A stretch of DNA of 64,000 nucleotides from Cyanobacteria bacterium P01_F01_bin.150 (GCA_039189765.1 JBCCYL010000005.1:32001-96000); one strand, 5' to 3'. Shown: positions 50,978-61,094, numbered from the stretch's first letter. Notes: a model not told the origin generated them from the sequence alone. A program made the numbers and translations.

Positions 50978-51628
50978 CTACAATTCGGTTACCCGATCGC
51001 TCCAGTACTGACGAAACGGATGGGCTAAAATCCCTAAGAGCTTTCCAGTATCTCGAATATAGTATTCTCGTCGATCGAGGGCAATGCGTTGAGTTTTTTG
51101 GGTATTACCGGAATCCTTTTCTAAGCGCAAAAACTGCCAAATCATGCCCGTGGTCACGGTGCCATAAATGGGCCGATTAATATTCTCCCGCTGGTTAAAG
51201 CGCTGAGCCGCAATCATTTCTGCCATACACTGGGGCAACCCACCTTTAATATTTTCATTCTTGGCTTCCACTAAGGTGATCACGGGGCAACGAATCTCAT
51301 ACAGTTCGGATGAAGCGGTCAAAATAAAGTCACAGTATCCGTTCAAGTCCAACTCTGGATCGATATTGAATTCAGACCCAGAAAAGAAGCCAATCTCATC
51401 GTTAAACATTTGCCGAATTTCTAACAAGGTGGGGGCAATCAATAATTCCGATCGAGCTTTTTCGGTATTGATGGCATTGGCTAGAGGAATATTACGCTCC
51501 AGCAGTTGCTGAAATAAGGGGCTAACTTCTATAGGACTGATGGTGCTAAACAGGTCGGTCGATTCTTCAAGGGTGACGTTGAAGCGATCGCAAATTTCAC
51601 TAATGCTCTTGAATGAACTATAGGACAT
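50978..51628 (-). CDS. PD-(D/E)xK-like protein, paralogue 2
   Basis: Same motifs as 49139-49738. Confidence 0.8.
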   Translation of the reverse strand: MSYSSFKSISEICDRFNVTLEESTDLFSTISPIEVSPLFQQLLERNIPLANAINTEKARSELLIAPTLLEIRQMFNDEIGFFSGSEFNIDPELDLNGYCDFILTASSELYEIRCPVITLVEAKNENIKGGLPQCMAEMIAAQRFNQRENINRPIYGTVTTGMIWQFLRLEKDSGNTQKTQRIALDRREYYIRDTGKLLGILAHPFRQYWSDRVTEL

Positions 51629-51829
51629 TGTAAGCCGTCCTTATGATCTACTACAACCGACCTTTGGCAGCGGGTGGGATGGTGGCGATACCATGAAAAT
51701 TCCCTGCGATCGCGTACAACAAGCCCATGTCCTTATTGTACGCGATCGCCCTTACCCAAAATGCCCTGTGGGCATTGGTTCACCCGCACAGAGCACATGT
51801 CGCTCTCTTCCAAAATCTAAAATCCAAAA

Positions 51830-52672
51830 TCACTCGACTCTCTCCACCGCCACTCCCGGCTCCACTCCTTCCTCAATCACTGCCAAAATTCCTGGCAAAT
51901 ACTGATCCATTGTCAACACGTTAGTATAAACTAGTTGCCGAATCAGGGCTGAATTCAAAACGCTGCCTTCCACATCAATGCTGGTTTTATAGCGAATTTC
52001 ACCATCGCTAAAGTCCATCTCAAAATTGCCGATCACCATACCGTAGTTGGCACGGGTGATAAATTCGGCTATTGCCCCCCTTCGGTTTTCCGGAGTGGCG
52101 ATCGGGCAGATGGAGTAGAAGGCGATCGTTTGTTTATCTTCCCGTGCTTGCGCGATACAGTGCCAGCGACCGTTTTCGCCAATGAATGCTAGGTGAAGAG
52201 CGTTTTCGCCAGCAAGATGAGTAAAGGACCAGTCATCGTCTTGGAAAAATTTGGTGAGGCGTTGATTTATCTGTGTGTAGCACGTATCGCTTAAACTCAA
52301 CTCTTCCATTCGTATTGGCAATGTTCCAGAAGGTTTGACAGATGAGTTTGCAGACGTAGGTGTACTTGCTGGAGAGGGAGATGAGTTAGCCCACTGCTGA
52401 AAGGCTGTAGCTAATGATGTTTTCAATCCATCCGTGGCTGCATCCGTCAAACTGGAAAATTGAGCAGTGGCAAATTCTTCTAGGGCTTTGTTGATTTCGC
52501 CAACGCTTTCTGCGGTTTCTTCTTCAAGAATAGAGGGCAATACGTCGTTCATCCATGACTGAAATCCTTGAAGTACCTTTTCTGATAGTTCTTCTTCAGA
52601 TATTCCATCCTGACTTAGCACATCTGGATCAAGATATTTCCATAAATCATGTTCGTTGAGGGCAGTATGCAT
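51830..52672 (-). CDS. YbjN domain-containing protein
   Basis: C-terminal FF..DDW.F, F.GENG.W.C, EFITRANYGM.IGNFEMD..DGEIRYKTS. Confidence 0.85.
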   Translation of the reverse strand: MHTALNEHDLWKYLDPDVLSQDGISEEELSEKVLQGFQSWMNDVLPSILEEETAESVGEINKALEEFATAQFSSLTDAATDGLKTSLATAFQQWANSSPSPASTPTSANSSVKPSGTLPIRMEELSLSDTCYTQINQRLTKFFQDDDWSFTHLAGENALHLAFIGENGRWHCIAQAREDKQTIAFYSICPIATPENRRGAIAEFITRANYGMVIGNFEMDFSDGEIRYKTSIDVEGSVLNSALIRQLVYTNVLTMDQYLPGILAVIEEGVEPGVAVERVE

Positions 52673-52762
52673 AGTTTTGACCTACTACTCAAATAACAGT
52701 GAAATCTGTAGAATTGTCACGGTAATGTCCTGAATTCATTCGATTGGGATTGAATCGTCTTG

Positions 52763-53806
52763 CTACAAATCTAATCCTATCTGCACTGCATCTAAGGCGT
52801 TACGAGAAGATTGGATGTCACTAATTTTTGTGATTTTGCCAATGGGGTGAAATAAAAGAGCGTCCGGTTGGTTAGTGCCTTGAGACATCACAATGGGATA
52901 GCCGTATTCAGCAGAGAGAAAATCTTCCCAATGTTGGATAAAGTCTTTCCATGTGACTTGAAATACAATATTTCGCTTGACAAAATACTGAATAACAGTT
53001 CCTTGATCCCACTTAAACGTTTTTTCTAAAGCCTGGATAACAGATTCGCGTTCGTTATTACTAAATGCTGTGCTCCAATCACCCAAAGAAGTTTGTTCTC
53101 CCTTCTTCAACCAATTTTCATTTGGCAATGTGAAATAGGAAGTCGCTTGTGAATCAATGGCTTCGTCCCAAATACTATTTGATTCAGACTGTGACAACTG
53201 ATATCGGTTGATGGGACTAGTACTCAAATTTAATTCGAAGAGAGCTTGAGCTGCTATATCAGAGACATAATCGATCTCATCATTCAAAACCTTTTCCCAA
53301 GTCTGATGCAGCCTCGGGCGATTGAAACCTAAAAGAGAATCTACAGCGAAAATACGAACGTAATCATCCTCGTCTTCGAGAAGGATGACCAATGCATCAA
53401 CAGATTTCTCTGAATTATATTTTGATAGCTGTCGTGCAACAATTTGCCTTGGCCTACGAGATTTTTTTGTGCGTTCAACTTCATTGAGCAAGCATTCGAA
53501 GATCTCAGGGGCAGAATAGTTTTCCAGAGCTGATAAGGCTTCGGCTCGAACCTTTTCCTCTTGTTCATGCTTCACTGTGTTAATTAACGAGGCGATCGCT
53601 CTCTCATCTGAAATCTCCCCTAAGTTACATGCAGCCGTACCCCGTACTTCGGGATCAGGGTCAGATAAAAACGGCTCAATAATCTCAAAAGCATTATCAG
53701 GATTAAGAGTGCCGACTGTATCTATCGCTAGTTCACGCTGTTCTCCATCCGAGTGATTAAGATTGTCAAGTGCTTCTTGCAATTTATCGATTGTTTTTAG
53801 CTGCAT
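52763..53806 (-). CDS. HEAT-repeat + DUF2947-like protein, putative immunity
   Basis: L.DPDPEVR..AA..LG HEAT units; C-terminal W...TVI.YF....V.Q.TW..F..HW.DFL resembles DUF2947. Confidence 0.75.
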   Translation of the reverse strand: MQLKTIDKLQEALDNLNHSDGEQRELAIDTVGTLNPDNAFEIIEPFLSDPDPEVRGTAACNLGEISDERAIASLINTVKHEQEEKVRAEALSALENYSAPEIFECLLNEVERTKKSRRPRQIVARQLSKYNSEKSVDALVILLEDEDDYVRIFAVDSLLGFNRPRLHQTWEKVLNDEIDYVSDIAAQALFELNLSTSPINRYQLSQSESNSIWDEAIDSQATSYFTLPNENWLKKGEQTSLGDWSTAFSNNERESVIQALEKTFKWDQGTVIQYFVKRNIVFQVTWKDFIQHWEDFLSAEYGYPIVMSQGTNQPDALLFHPIGKITKISDIQSSRNALDAVQIGLDL

Positions 53807-53815
53807 CGACTTACC

Positions 53816-54265
53816 TCATTTAGAAACAACAACGAGATTTACGGGTATCTGCCCCTCAATCAGAATTTCAGCGTTTTTCTTCATCGCTGCTTTCACATTC
53901 TTTGCATTAGTACGGATCTTTGTTCTGGGATGATTGCTCATGAGGGCAGCAACTGCATCTGGTGTATATATTTTTATTTTGCCTTCTTCTTCAAGCCTTT
54001 GAAGGTCTTGCCAAGCAATTTTAATAATCCTGTTCTTCTTCGTAAACTTAACTTGTCTGACTGAAGAAAAGGATACGAATCGGCTGGTTTGATTCTTTTT
54101 CTTATCTTGAACATGCGCCCAAAGGGTTTGAATATCAGCTAAGTCAGCGTCTTGACTGCCTAGCCCTAGACCTATAGGAGACCCTAATTGATAGTAATCA
54201 TCTGCACGGAACCGATAGCTAGATTTAAATGAACCCCCTTGTTTGTCTTCTTTTTGCACTCTCAC
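53816..54265 (-). CDS. Small basic protein, ADP-ribosyltransferase-like putative toxin
   Basis: YRFRAD ... SRFVSFSS ... AEILIEGQIP in R-S-E order; GAGGGG SD-like sequence at the start; 9 bp upstream of the HEAT gene. Confidence 0.55.
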   Translation of the reverse strand: MRVQKEDKQGGSFKSSYRFRADDYYQLGSPIGLGLGSQDADLADIQTLWAHVQDKKKNQTSRFVSFSSVRQVKFTKKNRIIKIAWQDLQRLEEEGKIKIYTPDAVAALMSNHPRTKIRTNAKNVKAAMKKNAEILIEGQIPVNLVVVSK

Positions 54266-54386
54266 CCCTCTTTCTCATTGTAATAGAATCTTTATTACAG
54301 CAGTGTAGGCTGTATATCGATCTTTTTCCAGTCTGGGTGATAAAAAATGCGATCACATAATTCACTCGTTTAACAAGAAAGTAGTC

Positions 54387-54426
54387 GGTACATTTAATTT
54401 CACGTCGTTACGCTAATGTATCCTAT
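54387..54426 (-). repeat. Degenerate REP copy
   Basis: GGTACATT...CGTTACGCTAATGTATCCTAT matches REPs at 62268-62307 and 62993-63032. Confidence 0.7.
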
Positions 54427-54439
54427 AAGAGTCGATTCG

Positions 54440-54802
54440 CTATGATTCTCGAGAGCTAAAATGTCTTTGAGTTTCTCTCTCTTGACTAAAAGCATCTAAA
54501 AGATTAAATAAGATATCTAATGATATTTTCGTCGATTCATCGCAAGCTTCGCTGTCTTCCTCCAGATCAACTTCATAAATTTCTAGCTGAGAATCATAAT
54601 TAGACAAATCTGTTACTAGTTTTTTTATTTTGCCTGCAATCAAATCATGATCATTCTCATAAATAATAAACTCTGCAATAGGAGCATCTGAAGCCAGTGC
54701 TTTTCTAATATCACTCAGACTTTTTTCTGTATATTTCTTTATCAATATGAAGCTCTGATTATAGTTAGAGCTATTATTCAAATATAAGATTATTTTTGAC
54801 AT
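54440..54802 (-). CDS. Putative immunity protein for the Tox-GHH toxin
   Basis: 120 aa, acidic, AT-rich, AGAGGAG SD, 21 bp after the toxin stop. Confidence 0.7.
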   Translation of the reverse strand: MSKIILYLNNSSNYNQSFILIKKYTEKSLSDIRKALASDAPIAEFIIYENDHDLIAGKIKKLVTDLSNYDSQLEIYEVDLEEDSEACDESTKISLDILFNLLDAFSQERETQRHFSSRES

Positions 54803-54823
54803 TATTAATCTCCTCTCTTAAGT

Positions 54824-57800
54824 TTAAAACTCTTCTTCGAAGTCTGGATCAAGTGGAGAACCATGAGTTGAGTTTTGATAATCACCTCCATGCCAACGCT
54901 TCAAATGTTCATTTCTAGTTGTCGGGTAAATATAATCTGGATTATCGGCTAATTGAGGATAACTGAGCGCACTATATTTATGATGCCCTTCTATAGAAAT
55001 ATCATCAAATTTCGGTGTTTTTCCAGCAAGAATAGCTTCTTGCTGTTCTAAAGACCAGTTTCTTGTACCTGATTCACCTGTCTTTAAATTTCTTCTTTCT
55101 TTGGACCAAAATCTACTTACGCCTCTTGCTCTTCTGTTACCAAAACGACGATCCCAATCTAAATGATCCCATTCTTCCTTTGATAAAGTTCTATCACTTA
55201 ACTTTTGTTCTAGCTCTTGTTTTTGTGATGATGTTAAGGGCGAAAATGGTGTCCTGTAGCTAGGCATATCTTCCTCTTTTCGTGAAGAACCTATCCCCTT
55301 TTTCTCCATATCTTCACTAACAATTCTAGCCCGTTCCTGAGGACTAGAAGCTTTATCGATATCTTCTCTCTTATCATCAGTTAAATCAGCAGCTTTACAT
55401 ACTGAACAAACGTAAGTGTCACCATCGTCAGTGACCTTTACTTTATGACCACCGGGTAATTCTTCCTCCGCAACTTTGTCTCGTTCAACGTCTGCATTAT
55501 CGCGTTTTTGTTGAGTGCTATCAGAGGATTCCAGGGAGTCTTCAGAATCGGTGTCTGGGCTTTCTTTTTTATTACGTTTGTCGCGGATGCCTTTGGCCAT
55601 GCCCTTGAGTTTTCCAGCGATCGCCTTCCCTGCCGCCTTCAACTTACCGATGACCCATTGGGCAATGAAATTGAGGACAATAATTGCAGCAGAGGCAATC
55701 AAGCCAGCAAAAAGCGGTGCTGCGCTCCCCATCTTCACCGCTTGCAGGAAGCTGACAAACATAGTGAACGCTACCAAAACCTGACTTACAGTGCCCCAAG
55801 CCGCCATCAAGCTTTGGACAATGGTAATCACCGCTCCCACGGCTGGATTCAGCATCGAGATTAATTTCTCAATCAAGACTCCGAGGAGAATACCGGGAAT
55901 GGCCGCCACCAAGTTATCCCAAACCATGCCCCCGATCGCGCTCCAACTAAAGCCTCCCTGTTCCAAATCATCCACCTGTTCGGGGGCTAATCCCGTAATT
56001 TGCTGCACCTTGCCATCAAACCATCCCTGCGTCTGGCTTTGCATCTTGGGCCACAGCACATCTTCTTGGACGCCTCCTTGGACGCCAGAGCCAAAGTTGC
56101 TGATCCACTGACCGGGATTCGCTGCAATATCGGGAATAATCGCTTGCAATGCCCCGAACGCTTGAGCGGCACTTTGGGCCGTTTGTAAAATACCGCTGAT
56201 GGTACCACTAAGGCCGCTGACCACTGCATTTAAGCCCTGATTTAATAGCCCAAGGGCTGCATCTAAACCTTGTCCCAAAAGGTCGAGAGATTTTTGGATA
56301 CCCGTTTTCAGCCCCTCGGCCAGGGTATTGACGGTTTCCTCTGCTCGGTTGACCGCATCCTGAATAAAGCTACGATATCGATCACGAATTTGGGGGAATT
56401 TGGCCAGGAGGCGATCGCCCACCGCAATTAACGCATCCCCCACTCGCCGGATCACCCCAACAATCGCTTTTCGGCCTGCTTCAATGGCGGCAGTAGCCAG
56501 TTCTTTCGCTTTTTCGATCGCTGCTCGAATCGCCTTTCGGGCCGCATCAAAGGCCGCTTTAATCGCATTTTTAATTCCCTCAAAAAAGCCCTTGACCTTA
56601 TCCGCCATCCAGCCAAACACGCCACTGGATTCCTGCTGACCCTTGTGTTTTTCCGCTGCCGCTTGCTGCTCCCCTTTAATCCGCTCCTGCTCCGCCTGTT
56701 CTTCCCCTTTCTGAATTTCCTCAGACGCTTTGGATTCGGCGGTCCCCTTTTCAGTTTCAATCTCGGCCAACCCATCCGTAACCAATTGACTGGCTTCCGT
56801 TTGGGCAGAGGCTAATTCTGTATCCTGTTCCCCTTGCCAGTCCTGACGTAGGGTACTTACTTCAGCTTGAGCATTAGCTCGTTCGGTTTCCTGTTGTTGC
56901 AGGGTTTCCTGTTGGAGCTGAGCAATGTCTTGTTGCGATCTCGCCCGTTCATCCGCCACCGTTGCGGCATGGTCAGATTGCTGGGTTGCCATTTCTCCCT
57001 GAGCTTGGGCGATCGCGCCTTGAATCTCAGCCCCATGTTGCTCTTGGGCAATCACTGATGCCGCTTCTAAGCCAGCAGTACTTTGCTCAATGACAGCCGC
57101 AGCCCCACCTACAGCCCCACCACTAGTCCCCTGTAAGGTTTCCTGGGGCAACGTAGGATAAATGTCGCTCTCTCCCATTGACGCTAGGGCATCTTCCAGA
57201 CCTTTAGATTGAATATCAGCAGCACTGGCATTTAATTCAGCTTTCTGTTCTTGCGCCTTTTGTGGATCAGCATTCCCCGTGAGGTTCAGTTGAGGAGGAG
57301 ATCCAGCAGATGTAGAAGGTGCACCCATATCTTGAGTCGGCAACTGATTCACCGATGACGCAATCTGTTGAGCATCACCGCCAGATAGAGTGCCATCTTC
57401 ACTGCCTTGGACGTGGGGTGTCGGAATGGCAACTGGAGGCGCAGGCGCTACAGGTGGCGTAGGGGCTGGTTTCTCAACTGGAACTTCTGTCCCTTCTGGC
57501 GCGGGTGTTACTGATGTCGGAGTATCCGCAGTTGGAGCAGTCGCAGCCTTACTCCCCTCTTTTCCATTCGGTGTTTGAGCTGTTGGTGGATTTGCCGTTA
57601 AGGTCTCCTGCTCTTGGGTAACGCTATGGGCGATTGCCTGGGAAACCCCCCCCAACGCTGATTTCAACTGAGCGGGGGGCAGTGAGCTTACTCCGGCTAA
57701 GGCACTGGTGGGGTCTGATTTAGACACATCAGGAATCGCTGGAGTGGGTGGTGTTTGAACCGCAGCCCCACCGCCACCACCGCCACCGCCACCGCTTGGC

Positions 57801-59935
57801 CCCAGCGGTGATTCAGTTAAAGCCGATCGAGCAATACTTTGTTCCGTGGGCGAAAGTAAAGGACCTTCAGTACTCCGCTGTTCTGCCGGAACGGCTGAGA
57901 GACGCTGCTGCATGGCGATCGCCTCAGCCCCCTCATCCACATTGCCCCCTTGCACTTCCGGCACGCCTCCACTAGGCATTGCCCCACCGCCGCCACTGCT
58001 GGATTGTTGGGGGGATGTTCCTCCTGACGATTGCTCAGATTGGGCCGATGATGGTGCTGATAGCCCGGTTACTTCACCAGCATTTAGCGTTTGGAGATTC
58101 GGATCACTTTGTTCTGGGGCATTTTGAAGATGAGCCTCTGGAGTAGCCTCTCCCGTTGCTGAGGAATCCTCTGGAGATAACAGATTTTGAGCAATATCTG
58201 GCACTGCCCCTTTAACGCGATCCAGTTTTTGCCGATCGGCTTCTCCTTTAACGCCTCCAGCAATCGTTTTTCCAGCCTCACCAAAGGTGCCACCCACACC
58301 ATGCTTTAATCCTTGGACTGTGGCTTGTTTCACCGCTTGTTTTTTCAGCCATGCTTTAGTCCCTTTTCCTTTCACTACTTTATCGGCTACTTTGTCCCCG
58401 ACCACTGCCGCCGGACCTTTCAAAATACTCTTAGGGACGGGATGTTCAAATCCTTGGTGTACTTTATCTAAGGATTTACCCACGTTGCCAACTTTTTGGC
58501 CGACCACTTTACTGCCTTGGGCGATCGCCTTATTTCCGCCGCCTAAGACTTTCCCTGCTTTCGGAATCACCTTGCTTGCTGCCTTGGCCCCTTTCCCTGC
58601 TAGGCCAACGGCATCACCAAAACCAGGAATCGCCGCAACACTTGATAGAGCTGCATTGCCCCAGTCCCCTTCTGCTGCGTACAAACCGGCATTGGCAAGG
58701 TCGGCGATCGCTCCCACCCCAGGAATAAAACCAGCCACATCTAAAGCTGTATGGGTTTCGTCTCGATATTTATCAAAAAAGCCAGACTCTTTATCTGTTT
58801 CCTGTTCTTGTTGCCGCGCCTGAATGGCTTCATCCTTCTGACATTTTGAGCATAGTCGCTGCACCTCATTGACTGGTGCTAAGGCCTGTCGCGATTTAGG
58901 CTGAATCTTTCCACCCGTCTGCTGAATCGTATGGGTCAGCTCATGGGCCAACAATTCCTTACCGCCACTCGACCCCGGATTATACTTCCCAGAATTAAAA
59001 TAAATATCCTGCCCATGGGTAAACGCCTGCGCCCCGATCGCCCCTGCCTCTTTCGGTGCCTCATGGATCCGCACGCCGCTAAAATCCGCCCCAAAGCGCG
59101 GTTCCATAAACGATCGCGTCTTATCCGATAGCGGACTGCCCCCACCCCGATGTTTACCTAAATCCGTCTCAAAATTATCGGGAGCCGCCAGCGGTTCTGC
59201 CCGCATCTGAATTAATGGCTTGGTGTGAACGGGTTCCTCATCTTCCACCTGAGACGGCTGGGAAAATGCCTGTATCCGAATTAGGGGTTCTCGTTGAATC
59301 GGTTCATCTTCTTCCTGCTGTCGCTGTAGCCCTGGCTTTGGAATTAGGCCATAGGGATCGGGGACAAACGAGTCAGGCATCGCCATCACCTGGGCGGCAG
59401 TACGATTCTCCTTTGGAGACGCTGCGCGAACGGCTTCCTGCTCATACTTATCTCCTGGTCGGCCAATGGTGAGCTTGGGCTGAATTCTGTGCTTTAGCTC
59501 GTCTTTTTCCTCCTGGACTCGTTGGGCAATCTCCTGCTGCCGCATTAACACCCCGATATTTAATTTGGGCTGAATCGGAGTTTCATCCTCGTCCCCATTC
59601 GTTGCCCGAGAAATGCCAGGAGTCCCTGTTTCGTCATCGTCTTCCCCCCCATCGCTGGCCGATTGGCGCTGAAGCAACACATTAGATTCCGGTTCGGCCT
59701 CTTCTGTTTGTCGCTGTAATGCTTGCCGTTGTACTGTTTTGCTAAAGCTATGGCCAAACTGGAGCGCATGGGCTATTTGTGCCTCTGCACTGGGATAGCC
59801 AGATTCAGACTGGTCACTATCCATCTCCCAATCTGATGTTGATTTTTGATGGGTTCCATAGCGCTGTAGCGGCTTATTACCTGGAGCCGACACATGGGGA
59901 GACGATTTGCCGTTGACGGGGGGATGGTGACTCAT
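54824..59935 (-). CDS. DUF4157 (eCIS-associated) polymorphic toxin with C-terminal Tox-GHH (HNH-fold) nuclease
   Basis: IQPKLTIGRPGDKYEQEA; FMEPRFGADFSGVRIH..AFTHGQDIYF..LLAHELTHTIQQ; long helical stalk; W..E......G.GTRNWS.EQ....EGHH.YS...YPQLA. Confidence 0.9.
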   Translation of the reverse strand: MSHHPPVNGKSSPHVSAPGNKPLQRYGTHQKSTSDWEMDSDQSESGYPSAEAQIAHALQFGHSFSKTVQRQALQRQTEEAEPESNVLLQRQSASDGGEDDDETGTPGISRATNGDEDETPIQPKLNIGVLMRQQEIAQRVQEEKDELKHRIQPKLTIGRPGDKYEQEAVRAASPKENRTAAQVMAMPDSFVPDPYGLIPKPGLQRQQEEDEPIQREPLIRIQAFSQPSQVEDEEPVHTKPLIQMRAEPLAAPDNFETDLGKHRGGGSPLSDKTRSFMEPRFGADFSGVRIHEAPKEAGAIGAQAFTHGQDIYFNSGKYNPGSSGGKELLAHELTHTIQQTGGKIQPKSRQALAPVNEVQRLCSKCQKDEAIQARQQEQETDKESGFFDKYRDETHTALDVAGFIPGVGAIADLANAGLYAAEGDWGNAALSSVAAIPGFGDAVGLAGKGAKAASKVIPKAGKVLGGGNKAIAQGSKVVGQKVGNVGKSLDKVHQGFEHPVPKSILKGPAAVVGDKVADKVVKGKGTKAWLKKQAVKQATVQGLKHGVGGTFGEAGKTIAGGVKGEADRQKLDRVKGAVPDIAQNLLSPEDSSATGEATPEAHLQNAPEQSDPNLQTLNAGEVTGLSAPSSAQSEQSSGGTSPQQSSSGGGGAMPSGGVPEVQGGNVDEGAEAIAMQQRLSAVPAEQRSTEGPLLSPTEQSIARSALTESPLGPSGGGGGGGGGAAVQTPPTPAIPDVSKSDPTSALAGVSSLPPAQLKSALGGVSQAIAHSVTQEQETLTANPPTAQTPNGKEGSKAATAPTADTPTSVTPAPEGTEVPVEKPAPTPPVAPAPPVAIPTPHVQGSEDGTLSGGDAQQIASSVNQLPTQDMGAPSTSAGSPPQLNLTGNADPQKAQEQKAELNASAADIQSKGLEDALASMGESDIYPTLPQETLQGTSGGAVGGAAAVIEQSTAGLEAASVIAQEQHGAEIQGAIAQAQGEMATQQSDHAATVADERARSQQDIAQLQQETLQQQETERANAQAEVSTLRQDWQGEQDTELASAQTEASQLVTDGLAEIETEKGTAESKASEEIQKGEEQAEQERIKGEQQAAAEKHKGQQESSGVFGWMADKVKGFFEGIKNAIKAAFDAARKAIRAAIEKAKELATAAIEAGRKAIVGVIRRVGDALIAVGDRLLAKFPQIRDRYRSFIQDAVNRAEETVNTLAEGLKTGIQKSLDLLGQGLDAALGLLNQGLNAVVSGLSGTISGILQTAQSAAQAFGALQAIIPDIAANPGQWISNFGSGVQGGVQEDVLWPKMQSQTQGWFDGKVQQITGLAPEQVDDLEQGGFSWSAIGGMVWDNLVAAIPGILLGVLIEKLISMLNPAVGAVITIVQSLMAAWGTVSQVLVAFTMFVSFLQAVKMGSAAPLFAGLIASAAIIVLNFIAQWVIGKLKAAGKAIAGKLKGMAKGIRDKRNKKESPDTDSEDSLESSDSTQQKRDNADVERDKVAEEELPGGHKVKVTDDGDTYVCSVCKAADLTDDKREDIDKASSPQERARIVSEDMEKKGIGSSRKEEDMPSYRTPFSPLTSSQKQELEQKLSDRTLSKEEWDHLDWDRRFGNRRARGVSRFWSKERRNLKTGESGTRNWSLEQQEAILAGKTPKFDDISIEGHHKYSALSYPQLADNPDYIYPTTRNEHLKRWHGGDYQNSTHGSPLDPDFEEEF

Positions 59936-60103
59936 GGCTATAACGTGTGGCTGGGACCTATGACGTTGATCTTTCCGGGCAGAGCACGTATCGCATCTTA
60001 GCAGTTAGCTCTCTGATTGTGACGCATAATCTTCTGCAGCAATGGTAAACGTTACAACACTTTTTGCTGGATAATAAATACAAATGGATAATGGATCTTA
60101 GCA

Positions 60104-60706
60104 ATGGCCTACAGTCAGTTCAAAACCCTGACCAGCGTTAAGGAAGCCTTTGGGATTACCACCCAGGAAGGCATCCGGTTTTTGCCAGATTTAGAGCCAA
60201 TTCAGCCATCTACAACGCTCCACAGTTTTTTTGGCTACAGTCTACCCGTTGCGGTTGCAACAGGCAGCGAAAAAGCGCGATCGGAGTTAATTATTAGCCC
60301 CGTCCTGCTAGAAGTGCGTCAGATTTTGCAACAGCGCATTAGCTTCTTTTCGGGGGAAGACTTTACGGTGGATGATTCAGTGGGGCTAAACGGCACCTGT
60401 GACTTCCTGCTGAGTCGTTCCACTGAACTGATTGAAATTGAAGCTCCGGTCTTTATTTTGGTGGAGGCCAAAAAGGCAGATTTGAAATCTGGGCTGGGCC
60501 AATGCGCTGCTGAAATGATTGCCGCTCAGCGCTTTAACCAGGTGAGGGGCCAAGATATTACCACCATTTACGGGTGTGTCAGCAGTGGTACCCAGTGGCG
60601 CTTTATGCAATTGGAAGAGCAGCAGTTGACTATCGATCTATATGATTATCCGCTGCCGCCCGTGGGGCAAATTTTAGCGTTTTTGGCGTGGATGGCAGAG
60701 CACTAA
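60104..60706 (+). CDS. PD-(D/E)xK-like protein, paralogue 3
   Basis: Same motifs (GTCDFL, VEAK, GLGQCAAEMIAAQRFN). Confidence 0.8.
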   Translation: MAYSQFKTLTSVKEAFGITTQEGIRFLPDLEPIQPSTTLHSFFGYSLPVAVATGSEKARSELIISPVLLEVRQILQQRISFFSGEDFTVDDSVGLNGTCDFLLSRSTELIEIEAPVFILVEAKKADLKSGLGQCAAEMIAAQRFNQVRGQDITTIYGCVSSGTQWRFMQLEEQQLTIDLYDYPLPPVGQILAFLAWMAEH

Positions 60707-60734
60707 CCTTGAATAAGGCGATCGCCTTCCGCAA

Positions 60735-60799
60735 AGATCCCAGGGTTCTGGCCAAATCTTTTGGTTTAATCAAGAAACTCGCATAGAACCCTGGGATCT
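60735..60799. repeat. 15-bp inverted repeat between convergent genes
   Basis: AGATCCCAGGGTTCT / AGAACCCTGGGATCT. Confidence 0.7.
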
Positions 60800-60821
60800 G
60801 GCGACGGACATATCGCCTAAT

Positions 60822-61094
60822 CTACGGCACTTGGCTACCAGCTAACGATTTAAGCCCAACGATGCGTTTGGTCAAAATGCGCATCACTTCGCTTGTCGAG
60901 TTGGGGGCGGGCAAGGGCTGTGACCACTCATGGGGTTCGGCATAACCAAGCTGATACATCTTGATAATGTGCTGGTTGACCACGGCTGGAGCACCGATGG
61001 CAATCACCCGCAGGATTTCAGCTTCTCCATGGTCTGGAACATCAGGATGCACAAAGTTGCCGAGCCGTTGGGCTTGGTTAATGGATGTCGTCAT
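60822..61094 (-). CDS. Small cyanobacterial-type hypothetical protein (90 aa; start ATG 61094)
   Basis: AGGAG SD before ATG; IG....V...I..(M/L)..LGYAE..EWS.P.P....EVMRILT motif. Confidence 0.75.
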   Translation of the reverse strand: MTTSINQAQRLGNFVHPDVPDHGEAEILRVIAIGAPAVVNQHIIKMYQLGYAEPHEWSQPLPAPNSTSEVMRILTKRIVGLKSLAGSQVP

